The notes under the pieces are model-generated. The model did not search any database. It was not told the DNA's origin and was given only the letters and a program-made list of their open reading frames with translations. A stretch of 64,000 bases of DNA, from assembly GCA_964016885.1 (NCBI GenBank), contig OZ024744.1, forward strand, positions 98,766,001 through 98,830,000, written 5' to 3'. The first letter of the stretch is position 1; each line of letters begins with the position of its first letter. The DNA comes from Eledone cirrhosa. Lineage: Eukaryota. Shown piece after piece: positions 49,585 through 62,457 of the stretch. The translations under genes and the position numbers were made by a program.

Positions 49585-52500
49585 ATTTCGTTTCTGAATT
49601 TGCTTAGCAAGATTCTTTATCTGAAAACGTGTGTTGAAACCGATATTTTTATACTTTGGGAGGGTCATGTTGCCAATAAGAAACACGTGCACCAGTTGCT
49701 TTCACTCCAATTTATTATAATAAATTTATAAATTTACGGTTGGTTGGTTCCACAACCAGATGATTGTTTATATATTGTCAAAGTTCTTTCGTTACACATT
49801 CTGTGACCTCTTCAGTGACTGGGGATTCTTTTCTTTGTTTTTGTGCCTCTCCTTTGTTCTGTCCTACGCCATCTTGTTTTTGTGTGTGTGTTGTGTGCTT
49901 AGTTTGCACATGTGTTACATCCGGGTGTAAAACACTTATTAGCAATCTATACCCTGTATAGATAAGAAATGTATAATCTGTAAATTAAGCCCCCATATTA
50001 ACTGTAAAACTAGAAATGTTGTGTATAGCATAAGATGTACTGAAGGACAATGTAGAGACAAACATATAGTGTACATAGGTGAGACAGCTTGTAGTATAGG
50101 GGAACGGATAAATGAACACTGGCGAGACCTTCAAGATAGTAAAGAACCATCTGTACTCTACCAACATGCTAAAATAGAACATAAGGGTAAATTAGAGAAC
50201 ATAGAAATAAAAATAGAATCTACACACAAAAAAGACGCAATGTTTAGACAAATCACAGAGGCAATAAACATAAATGAACTCCAACCAAAATTAAATAGAA
50301 AACATGAATGGAACAGCAACATCACAACTTACAATTAAGGACAAAATGAAAACACACACACACATAGAACAAACAACCAACCAGTAACATGTAAATAAAC
50401 AAATAAATGAACAAATATAAACACACACAGACACCCGGATGTAACACATGCACAAACTAAGCACACAACACACACGCAGAAACAAGATGGCGTAGGACAG
50501 AACAAAGGAGAGGCACAAAAACAAAGAAAAGAATCCCCAGTCACTGAACAGGTCACAGAATGGGTGACGAAAGAACTTTGACAATATATAAACAATCATC
50601 TGGTTGTGGAACCAACCAACCAACCAGAAATTTATAAATTTATTATAATAAATTGAAGCGAAAGCATCTGGTGCGTGTGTTTCTTATTGGCAACATGACC
50701 CTCCCAAAGTATAACAATATCAGTTTCAACACACGTTTTCAGATAAGAATCTTGCTAAACAAATTCAGAAACGAAAAATCGTAAGCCTTAGCCAGGTTAA
50801 CAAGATACTGAAAACCACCATGTTCTGTTGTCTACGAAAAACAATAACATCTCGACAACTACACTTCATAAAAGAATGTGCCTCGTCCCGAGTTTACACC
50901 AACACCATCAACACCGATGTAAGAAGATTACAGCTCACCAAAAAGCAAGCAGATAGACTAAAACGAACACTAATTCTAAACATAAAAAAGAAGATTTATA
51001 GAGAATTAAGTTATCAAGAAAAACATAAGCGTAACCTAATACAAGAAATATCTAAGATCACCACACCAAGAGAAAAATTAATATTTATAAACCTTATATG
51101 TCCTCAAGAAAAGTACATTGTTCAAGAATGTGACAAGCACTTTAACAAGAAACTAAAGTGGCTCAAACAGATAAAACTAAATCAAGATACTTTAGAGAAT
51201 ATCAATAGATATCCCGACAAAATTGACGGTATAAACATGGCCGACATCTCATTAACAGATAAGTTCAACAACAACACAAATATATACGGCAACACTATGG
51301 TCGACTGATGAATTATCTGTATTACAACTGCCGCCTAGGTATGCCACATACAACAAGGTAAATATGATTAGATGTTTGTCAGAAATAGAAAAAATCATTT
51401 ACAAAATTACGTTGGAGCCTCAAAAACAAAAACAAAAACAAAAGTAACATACGCACACACACACATATACAACACACATCCCAACAACAACAGACACACA
51501 GACACAAACAACAATAACAACAACACACACATCAACAACAGACAACAATAACAACACGCACAACAATAATAACACACATCAACAGTACACAACAACAACA
51601 ACACACACACATTCAATGCCTCTCACCACCACCACAATCTTAACAAACACACAGACACAGAAAACAGGTAATGACAGTAGCACAGAAATAAGGGAAGGTA
51701 ATAGGATTGAAAGGAGTAGGGAGACTATGGACAGAGAAAATAACCAAGACGAACACACACACAAAATAGAGTAGATAATAACAATGAGCCAGTGGAAAGA
51801 GACAGGAGTAATAATGAGAGGCATAGAAACAACCATGAGGCTGTTGGTGGAAATAGAAATAGAAACAACACAACTAACAATAACAATAGCACTAGTACAC
51901 ATAAAGCAGCAACCTGGAACTCTACTTTTTATAATCCTTCCGATAAGTTGTTCGACCTGCGACGAGTCCACGCCACGACTTTAGCTTTTAACAAACACAC
52001 GCAATTACTGTCGCAGGCCGGATGAACAAACAGAAGCACAATTTAGTATAGCTAGATCTCAACTTAGAAATATTATAGAACAGTAAAGCAAGAAGCATAA
52101 TAGAATGGAGGCCCAGCAACTGGCTTGCGTAAGCTCATGCAGCGCTCGTGTAATGGAGAGATAGCATGCTTTCCAACAGACAAGTCTGGCAGAATGTCAA
52201 TTGACAGTCTGCCAAACTACATCCAGGCAATGCAACCCCACATTACTAACACAAGAGAGGTAACACCACAAGAGCATGAGGATAGAGAAAAAGCCCTCAA
52301 TGCCCATATGATGATGTGGACAATATAATGCAGCCCAACAAAAGGACTGTCAACAACTTCCAGGCCTGGGACAATGACGTGCCAGCGTTGTATGAGCTTC
52401 GAAAAGACCATAAAACGAGCAGTGACCCTGTCACAGGACCACCAACACGGCCAGTCTGTGGAGCTAACATTGCTAGTAACTACAGACTGTCCTACTTCCT

Positions 52501-54660
52501 CTCCCTGATCATACGCCCCATCATTGAAATGTCCCCAGATGTATGTGACAGCACGGAGGACCTCCTCAGCAGAATCGGCGAGAGTAACCGATCTAGGGAC
52601 CTAACAAACTGCATAATAGGTAGTATGGATGTTGTGTCCCTGTATCCATCTATTGACGTGGATTTTGCTGTGGAGAAATGCGTAGAAATGATCTGTGAGA
52701 GCAATGTTGAATTCCGTGGGATTGATACCAGTGAGCTGGGACTCCTACTTAAACTTACCTATAGTAATAATTATCTAGATACATATGACCTTAGCAACCT
52801 GTGCCCTACAAAACCAGCAAGAGGCAGACCGCCTACCATTACCTCAATGACCAAGAAAACCCACACAGATAGATGGAACGGGTGGACCAGAGCCATACGG
52901 ACCCCCGAAAACCACGATGAACTAAAGAAAATGATTGCACATGCGGTGGGGGCCAGCATAAAATTAACCCTTAAGGAACATATGTTCAAATTTAATGGAA
53001 AAACATATGCCCAAGAGGAGGGAGCAGCCATTGGTGTTAGCATTGCAGGCGACATAGCTAACCTATTTATGGTATGGTGGGACAGTAGACTTAAACTTAA
53101 AGAACAATTAGAAGACCCCTCAACCCTGATAATGTACTCCCACTACGTTGATGATATAAACATCGTAGTAAAAACACCCCCACTAGAGAACACTCAGGAA
53201 TTAGAGAAAAACACAATGGAAAGCATCCAGCAAATAGCTAACTCCATCCACCAGAGTATTAGAGTTACTATAGACTACCCAAGCAAACACCCCAACCATC
53301 GATTACCTGTACTAGACACAGAGCTCTGGTTAGATACCATTAATAACAAAAAACAAATCCTCCATTCCCATTATGCCAAACCCATGACTTCCAAATATCT
53401 GATCCACCGAAACTCAGCTGTTTCGGACCATACCAAAATCAACATACTGATTGCGGATTTGGTACGAGTGATGAGAAACGTGTCCCGCATGTGCAACCCC
53501 AAAGAACTAGAGAGACACATACAACACTTCATCCACGGTATGCAGTTCTCTGGTTACAATCAGAGAGATAAAATCAGAGTATATAGAGGAGCCAGAACCA
53601 AATGGGAAAAAATGGTAAATAATGACACAAATGGGACCTGCCTCTTGTATAGGAGCAAATTTTGGAATAGAATAGAAAGAACTAGGAATAAGGCTAATAG
53701 AATAAACTCATGGTATGATAGCAATAAATACCAGAGTGTAATGTTCATCGATACAACCCCTAGAGGTGAATTAGCTTACAAATTTAGAAGGGCCCTAGAT
53801 AAACATAAACTCAATATTAAGATAGTAGAAAGACCAGGTACCTCCATAAAAACACTTATTAGCAATACATACCCTTTTCAAAGACCTCCCTGTATAGATA
53901 AGAAATGTATAATCTGTAAATTAAGCCCCCATATTAACTGTAAAACTAGAAATGTAGTATATAGCATAAGATGTACTGAAGGACAATGTAGAGATAAAAA
54001 TATAGTGTACATAAGTGAGACAGCTTGTAGTATAGGGGAACGGATAAATGAACACTGGCGAGACCTTCAAGATAGTAAAGAACCATCTGTACTCTACCAA
54101 CATGCTAAAATAGAACATAAGGGTAAATTAGAGAACATAGAAATAAAAATAGAATCTACACACAAAAAAGACACAATGTTTAGACAAATCACAGAGGCAA
54201 TAAACATAAATGAACTCCAACCAAAATTAAATAGAAAACATGAATGGAACAGCAACATCACAACTTACAATTAAGGACAAAATGAAAACACACACGCACA
54301 TAGAACAAACAACCAACCAGTAACACGTAAATAAACAAATAAATGAACAAATATAAACACACACAGACACCCGGATGTAACACATGCGCAAACTAAGCAC
54401 ACAACACACACACAGAAACAAGATGGCGTAGGACAGAACACAGGAGAGGCACAAAAACAAAGAAAAGAATCCCCAATCACTGAACAGGTCACAGAATGTG
54501 TGACGAAAGAACTTTGACAATATATAAACAATCATCTGGTTGTGGAACCAACCAACTAACCAACCGGAAATTTATAAATTTATTATAATAAATCAAAGTG
54601 AAAGCAACTGGTGCGTGTATTTCTTATTGGCAACATGACCCTCCCAAAGTATAACAATAT
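49585..54660 (+). mobile_element. Penelope-like element PLE-3 (same clade as PLE-1): inverted stub + truncated copy + full-length decayed copy
   Basis: Inverted 49585-49928; direct repeat about 49930-50720 vs 53850-54660; (TA)n flanks. Confidence 0.92.
50695..54274 (+). pseudogene. PLE-3 polyprotein, frameshifted in the 5' half; 652-aa open RT-GIY-YIG part at 52316..54274
   Basis: Starts ATGACCCTCCCAAAGTATAAC (MTLPKYNNI, as in PLE-1); YVDD intact; YIG reads YISET here but YIGET in the truncated copy. Confidence 0.9.
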
Positions 54661-54700
54661 ATATATAAATCATCATCATCATGTTTAACATCTATCTTCC

Positions 54701-54733
<33 letters not shown>

Positions 54734-57700
54734 TATAAATATATATATATATACACACACATATATATATAAATCATCATCATCATTGTTTAACATCTAT
54801 CTTCCACATGTATATATATAAATCATCATCATCATCGTTTAACATCTATCTTCCATGTTAGCATAATATCTTCTTTCCTAACACCGCCCAACAAAATAAT
54901 AGAAAACAAACATGACAATATTACTTAACAGCTTTGGTTTATTTTGTGACATTGTCCAATCAATAAATTGATTTGTAACATCTTGAAAGTAGTTACCCAA
55001 ACATTAATCAATACAAACCTGAAACCTCCTATTTGAAGACTCCTTCCTTAGGAAACAATAGAGCCTCACTCTGGTTGTTCTACGTGCTGCAAATAACAGC
55101 CAGAATTCTCTCAAATCATACATCTTACTCTCTTAACCCTTTAGCACTTAAACCAGCTGTAACTGGCCATAATTCTTTCAAATAATACGTCTTACTCTTA
55201 GCATTTACATTATTCTATATACACTATTGTGTTTTTGTAATAAAGGCTTAATCTTACATAATTATTTCATAATATCGAATCTATGAGATTTTGATGCTAT
55301 TTATTTTGGAAACAATATCATAACGTCAGTATAAGTGGCTAGTTACAACCGTTTTAAGCAGAAAAAGGTGAGAGAGTTCTAGCCTGATATGGCCGGTTTA
55401 AATGCTAAAGTGCTAAAGGATTAATTATCCCTTTAGCATTTAAACCGGCTGTATGCGGCCAGAATTCTCTCACCTCTTTCTGTTCAAACCAGCTCTAACT
55501 GGTCGCTCATACTGATGTTAAGGTATTGTTCTCAAAATCTCGTAGATTTGATATTATGTGAGATAAAACCTTTACCATAAAAATATAATAGTATATATAG
55601 AGTGATGGGTTAAGGCAAAGTCACATTAGATCATACAGTCATTTGTCATCATCATCAATATCATCATCACCGTCTAATGTCCATTTTTCCATGTCAGCAT
55701 GGGTTAGACAAGTTGTCCCATTGCAAGATATTTCAGGTCAGATGACCATGTCTTGCTCATACAGAACTGTTTCTGGCTTGGTTTCTACAGCTGGATGCCC
55801 TTCCTAATGTCAACCACATTTACAGTGTGGACTGGGTGCTTTTTATTGTGTCACTTTATGGCATAGACTGGGTGCGTTAATGTCATGGTTCCAAAACGAC
55901 CATTTTAGTGTGGATGGGGTGCTTTGTATCATGGCACCAAAATGACGACTTTACAGTGTGAACAGGGCGCTTTTTGTCATGATGACATTAGCAAACCACC
56001 TGAAATATCCTCTGGTTCTGTGATACAAAACAGTTTGTTTTAAAGTATACATATATTTATCTAAAAACATTCTATCATAATTTTATATAAGAACCTTTGT
56101 TAAGTCATGTTCCAAACACCAGCTTAATAATGAGAATTTATTATCTATATTACTAAAACCCTCCAAATTCTTGCTTGTTTTCTAAATGATTTGAAAATGA
56201 TACTTAGTGTCTTACATTATAAATATAGTACGTCCCTTTACGATCTGAGTTCAAATCCCGCCGAGGTTAACTTTGCCTTTCATCCTTACGGGGGGTCGAT
56301 AAAATAAAGTACCAGTAATGTACTGTGATAATTGCTGGCCTTGTGCCAAAAGTAGAAACAATTATAAATATAGTAACACAAAGGTTGAATTGTTTAGATT
56401 TATTTAAAAACCTTCCATCATAATTTCACGTAAGAAACTTTGTCAAGTTTTGCTCCATTCACCATCTTAACCCTTTAGTCACCAACCTTGCCAAAACCAG
56501 CTCTGGTTCTATGAAATAAAACTACCCATTTTAAAGGTTTCCAATTTAAATTAAAATCTTCCAAAATAATTTTATATAAGAACCGTACATTAAGCTACTA
56601 TCTTACCAACCTGCCCATCTTCAGCATTCAGTAATCTTTTGATTACTAAATGCTGAAGCTGGCGCATTACTATACCAGTTCCTGCAATTCTTGCATTTAA
56701 TTCAGCTTCTTGCTTTCCATCACTCATATCTCGGGCTGTGATTATGAGTAATGTTTTCAATGATCTGTCTACAGTGCAATTGATTTTTTTCTCTTCACCT
56801 TATACATCTGCTGAAACAAAACTGACCAAAGTCACTCAAAAATAACAACTATTTAACCCATTAGCATTTAAACCGTCCGTATCTGGTCAAAATGTTCTCC
56901 CCCCTCATCTGATCAAACCAGCCATAATCAGCCATTCATGTCAACATTAAGATAGGCGGTGGATTGGCAGTATCGATAGAGGGTCGGACGCCATGCTTTG
57001 ACGCATAGAGTTACGGCCCTTGCCATTCTGAGTTCAAATCCTGCCGAGGTTAACTTTGCCTTTCATCCTTACAGGGTCGATAAAAATAAAGTACCAGTAA
57101 TACACTGGGTAATTGCTGGCCTTGTGCCTAACGTAGAAACAATTAAGATATTTTTCTCAAAATAAACAATAACTTCATCAAGAAATCATGTGAAATAAAA
57201 GCCTTTACTACAAAAATGCAATCGTAAATATAAAATAATGTAAATGCTAAAATAAAATTTGTGAAGGCATGTGGCTTAGTGGTAAGAATGTTGGATTTGT
57301 GATCATAATGTTGTGGCTTTCATTCCTGGACTAGGTTGTGTGCTGTGTTGTGTTCTTGAACAAAATACTTCATTTCACATTGCTCTAGTATACTCAGTGG
57401 AGGTGTGTAGCCTAGTGGTAAGGGTGTTGGACTTATGATCATAATGTGGGTTTCATTCCTGGGCTAGGTTGTGTGTTGTGTTCTTGAGCAAAACACTTCA
57501 TTTCATGTTACTCTAGTATACTCAGTGGAGGTGTGTAGCCTAGTGGTAAGGTTGTTGGACTTATGATCATAATGTGGGTTTCATTCCTGGGCTAGGTTGT
57601 GTGTTGTGTTCTTGAGCAAAACACTTCATTTCATGTTACTCCAGTATACTCAGCTGAAAATGAGTACCATCAGCAATAGCTGAGGGTTTAACCCTGCGAT

Positions 57701-57838
57701 GGACTGGTGTCCTGTCCATTGGGGAAGGAGTCTTATAATCTCAGATGCTTCACACTGCAAGACTGGGATAAGCACTGACCTAAAGAGGCTCCTGTCTTGA
57801 GACAGACTTAAATGCTAAAGGGTTAAAGACATACATAC

Positions 57839-57935
57839 CAGTTTCTTGAACTATTCGGGCAGACAATCCATTGTGACCTTCCATGATAAATTCAAGATCC
57901 TTTGAAAGTAACATTTGCTTTAACTGTGAGGTTTT
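57839..57935 (-). CDS. pepM: PEP phosphomutase, first visible coding exon ([33 protein letters not shown]); start exon not found
   Basis: Manual translation matches the N-terminus of mussel-type PEP mutase as I recall it; tag acceptor at 57937-57936, GTATGT donor after 57839; 97 nt, ends phase 1. Confidence 0.93.
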
Positions 57936-58331
57936 CTATTTCATGAAAAAAAACAAAAAACAAAAAACAAATAAGAAAAAACACAAAACAAGAAGAAAAG
58001 AATGATTACCCCCATTTCAAAATATATTAATATATCAACATATTATTATTATTATTAGGGTGGTGGATTGGCAGTATCAGTAGAGTGTCAGAAAACATGC
58101 TTTTTGGCATAAAGTTACGGCCCTTTACGTACTGAGTTCAAATCTTGCAGGGGTTAGCTTTGCCTTTCATCCTTATGGAGTCGATAAAATAAAGTACCAG
58201 TAATGTATTAGGGTTGATTTAATCGACAACCCCCACCAAAAAAAGATTGCTTGCCTTGTACCTAAATCAGAAACCATTATCGTTATTAATACATGGACGA
58301 TGACCAATGGGTGAAGAAGAGTCAGTTAATC

Positions 58332-61012
58332 TCAGTGGAAGGAAGCTGCAGTAGAGGAAGACCAAGGAAGACCTGGGCAGAGGAAATGTCAGTGGAAGGA
58401 AGCTGCAGTAGAGGTAGACCAAGGAAGACCTGGGTGGAGGAAATGTCAGTGGAAGGAAGCTGCAGTAGAGGTAGACCAAGGAAGACCTGGGTAGAGGAAA
58501 TGTCAGTGGAAGGAAGCTGCAGTAGAGGTAGACCAAGGAAGACCTGGGTAGAGGAAATGTCAGTGGAAGGAAGCTGTAGTAGAGGTAGACCAAGGAAGAC
58601 CTGGGCAGAGGAAATGTCAGTGGAAGGAAGCTGTAGTAGAGGTAGACCAAGGAAGACCTGGGTAGAGGAAATGTCAGTGGAAGGAAGCTGCAGTAGAGGA
58701 AGACCAAGGAAGACCTGGTTAGAGGAAATGTCAGTGGAAAGAAGCTGTAGTAGAGGTAGACCAAGGAAGACCTGGGCAGAGGAAATGTCAGTGGAAGGAA
58801 GCTGTAGTAAAGGTAGACCAAGGAAGACCTGGGCAGAGGAAATATCAGTGGAAGGAAGCTGTAATAGAGGTATACCAAGGAAGACTTGGGTAGAGGAAAT
58901 GTCAGTGGAAGGAAGCTGCAGTAGAGGTAGACCAAGGAGAACCTGGGTAGAGGAAATGTCAGTGGAAGGAAGCTGCAGTAGAGGTAGACTAAGAAAGACC
59001 TGGACAGAGGAAATGTCAGTGGAAGGAAGCTGTAGTAGAGGTATATCAAGGAAGTCCTGGGCAGAGGAAATGTCAGTGGAAGGAAGCTGTAGTAGAGGTA
59101 GACCAAGGATGACCTGGGCAGAGGAAATGTCAGTGGAAGGAAGCTGCAGTAGAGGTAGGCCAAGGAAGACCTGGGCAGAAGAAATACCAGTGGAAGGAAG
59201 CTGCAGTAGAGGTATACCAAGGAAGACCTGGGCAGAGGAAATACCAGTGGAAGAAAGCTGTAGTAGAGGTAGACCAAGGATGACCTGGGCAGAGGAAATG
59301 TCAGTGGAAGGAAGCTGCAGTAGAGGTAGGCCAAGGAAGACCTGGGCAGAAGAAATGTCAGTGGAAGGAAGCTGCAGTAGAGGTAGACCAAGGAAGACCT
59401 GGGCAGAGGAAATACCAGTGGAAGAAAGCTGTAGTAGAGGAAGACCAAGGAAGACTTGGGCAGAGGAAATGCCAGTGGTAGGAAGCTGTAGTAGAGCTAG
59501 ACCAAGGAAGACTTGGGCAGAGGAAATGTCAGTGGAAGGGAGCCACAGTAGAGGTAGACCAAGGAGGACCTGGGCAGAGGAAATGTCAGTGGAAGGAAGC
59601 TGTAGTAGAGGTAGACCAAGGAAGAACTGGGTAGAGGAAATACCAGTGGAAGGAAGCTGTAGTAGAGGTATACCAGGGAAGACCTGGTTAGAGGAAATGT
59701 CAGTGGAAAGAAGCTGTAGTAGAGGTAGACCAAGGAAGACCTGGGCAGAGGAAATGTCAGTGGAAGGAAGCTGTAGTAAAGGTAGACCAAGGAAGACCTG
59801 GGCAGAGGAAATATCAGTGGAAGGAAGCTGTAGTAGAGGTATACCAGGGAAGACCTGGTTAGAGGAAATGTCAGTGGAAAGAAGCTGTAGTAGAGGTAGA
59901 CCAAGGAAGACCTGGGCAGAGGAAATATCAGTGGAAGGAAGCTGTAGTAAAGGTAGACCAAGGAAGACCTGGGCAGAGGAAATGTCAGTGGAAGGAAGCT
60001 GCAGTAGAGGTAGACCAAGGAAGACCTGGGTAGAGGAAATGTCAGTGGAAAGAAGCTGTAGTAGAGGTAGACCAAGGAAGACCTGGGCAGAGGAAATACC
60101 AGTGGAAGGAAGCTGTAGTAGAAGTAGACCAAGAAAGACCTGGGCAGAGGAAATGTCAGTGGAAGGAAGCTGTAGTAGAGATAGACCAAGGAAGACCTGG
60201 GCAGAGGAAATGTCAGTGGAAGGAAGCCACAGTAGAGGTAGACCAAGGAAGACCTGGGTGGAGGAAATGTCAGTGGAAGGAAGCTGCAGTAGAGGTAGAC
60301 CAAGGAAGACTTGGGCAGAGGAAATGTCAGTGGAAGGAAGCTGTAGTAGAGGTAGACCAAGGATGACCTGGGCAGAGGAAATGTCAGTGGAAGGAAGCTG
60401 CAGTAGAGGTAGACCAAGGATGACCTGGGCAGAGGAAACGTCAGTGGAAGGAAGCTGCAATAGAGGTAGGCCAAGGAAGACCTGGGCAGAGGAAATATCA
60501 GTGGAAGGGCGCCACAGTAGAGGTAGACCAAGGAGGACCTGGGCAGTGGAAGGAAGCTGTAGTAGAGGTACACCAAGGAAGACCTGGGCAGAGGAAATGC
60601 CAGTGGAAGGAAGCTGTAGTAGAGGTAGACCAAGGAAGACCTGGTCAGAGGAAATGTCAGTGGAAGGAAGCTGTAGTAGAGGTAGACCAAGGAAGACCTG
60701 GTCAGAGGAAATGTCAGTGGTAGGAAGCTGTAGTAGAGGTAGACCAAGGAAGACTTGGGCAGAGGAAATGTCAGTGGAAGGAAGCTGTAGTAGAGGTAGA
60801 CCAAGGAAGACCTGGGTAGAGGAAATGGCAGTGGAAGGGAGCCACAGTAGAGGTAGACCAAGGAAGACCTGGGCAGAGGAAATACCAGTGGAAGGAAGCT
60901 GTAGTAGAGGTAGACCAAGGAAGACCTGGGTAGAGGAAATACCAGTGGAAGGAAGCTGCAGTAGAGGTAGACCAAGGAAGACCTGGGCAGAGGAAATGTC
61001 AGTGGAAGGAAA
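58332..61012. repeat. 57-bp minisatellite, about 47 copies, amplified from RTE LINE coding sequence
   Basis: Unit encodes SVEGSCSRGRPRKTWAEEM, matching the LINE motif IPVEGSRSRGRPRKTWAEVV at about 8308-8367. Confidence 0.95.
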
Positions 61013-61731
61013 CTGTGGAACAGTAAGGTGGAGAAGACAATCAAGGCCAAAAAGCAGGCTTTGAAAGTATGGCAGGATGGGGGAAGTAGAGAGCACTATC
61101 AAGTGGCCAGGAGAGAAGCTAGGAGACAAGTGTACCTTGCAAAAAGGGAAGCAGAGGATAGAAAGTTCAAGCATGTTCTACAATGTGAGGACCAAAAATG
61201 TGAGGTGTTCAGGATTGCTAGACAATGTGTCAAGGAAAACCGTGATATTGTCGGGGAGAAGTGTGTCCATAATGATAACGGTGTACTAGCCCTCACTGAT
61301 ACTGATAAGAAGATAGCCTGGAAGTGTCACTACAAGAGACTATTAAATGAGGAGAATAAATGGAAAAAGATAGTCTGCCCCAAATCGATCCAATAGAAGG
61401 TCCAGCAATGCAAGTTAAAGGTAGTATAATAAGTAAGGCAATCAAAGATATGAAGACAGGCAAGGCAGCTGGGCCTTCGGAGATAGTTGCTGAGATGTTG
61501 AAGGCATCTGGAATGGTGGGACATACTATGGTCAACCATATAGTTAACCAAGTAATACAGAATGGGGTCATACCAAAAGACTGGCGTAGCAGCATGATCA
61601 TTAACTGCTACAAGGATAAAGGGCATGGTCTAGATAGGAGAAACTATAGAGGCATTAAGTTAGTTGACCAGGTCATGAGAGCGAATTGATCTAGGTGAAA
61701 TGCAGTTTGGGTTTGTGTCAGGTAAAAGTAC
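61013..61731 (+). mobile_element. RTE LINE internal fragment (linker to RT N-terminus)
   Basis: KAIKDMKTGKAAGPS...PKDWRSS...NYRGIKL motifs; collinear with 33077-33270. Confidence 0.9.
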
Positions 61732-61736
61732 TTTAG

Positions 61737-62182
61737 TGAGCTGGTCCCAGGGTTACTTACTCCAGTAAGTACCACCGGATCTCAACTACTAAATTTAATA
61801 GAAATATGAGATAGGAGAATTTTCATACAATATCATGCCGTGTGAGAATTATCTCTCACTACAGGAAGTAATGACTGAAAGCGGAACGAATTTCTCAAAA
61901 CGAGTATCAAAAATAACTTGCATTTATTGTAGTCCATGTTACAAACGTGGTAAACAAATATCCTCGTGGCATAACGAGGTATAATCCTGAACCTTGAGAT
62001 GTGGTTGGAGAAAGGTTAGCATGCTTGCACTCGATGTGGTCAGTTTGAGAAAAGCCGCCAAAAAGAGGAAGATGGATTTCAGTTTCCTCTTTTATAATCC
62101 CTTGAACGGAAGTTAAAAGGAAGGTACTAGAATTTCAACGGGAAGTAACTCTAGCTACTTCCCTTGTCTAGAGAGCGCTACA
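61737..62182 (-). mobile_element. Putative 3' LTR of the Gypsy element
   Basis: Polypurine tract GAGAGGGGAG (62195-62186) just before TGTAG; internal AATAAA at 61928-61923; ends ...CTCA near where LINE homology stops; left boundary uncertain. Confidence 0.55.
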
Positions 62183-62457
62183 AGACTCCCCTCTCAGACG
62201 AGAAGTCGAATAAACAAATGAAAGTCATTGTAGCGAAAACCCGTAAGAAATGAGGAGCAAAACAAAAGGTACAAGAAAATGAATAAATAAAAAAAACATG
62301 AGCAAGCAAATAGCAAAGGAGCACAAACAAGTAAATGTATTTTACAAAGAAAAATGTGAATGTAACAAACTGATAATTCAAAGTTAATATAAGGGAGCAG
62401 AGAAAATTAATGCTCAATGGTAAGTTCAAAGTTTTTCAAAGTCAAATAGTTCATACA

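Noticed and set aside
51295-51320. TGA codons in PLE-3 as possible selenocysteine recoding, and CTGATGA as a hammerhead core
   Set aside because: Alignment to PLE-1 shows a frameshift here rather than a Cys position; no GAAA or stems follow
57936-57945. ATG immediately upstream of the first visible exon as the PepM start
   Set aside because: Reads ATG AAA TAG, an in-frame stop; the TAG after a T-rich tract fits an acceptor
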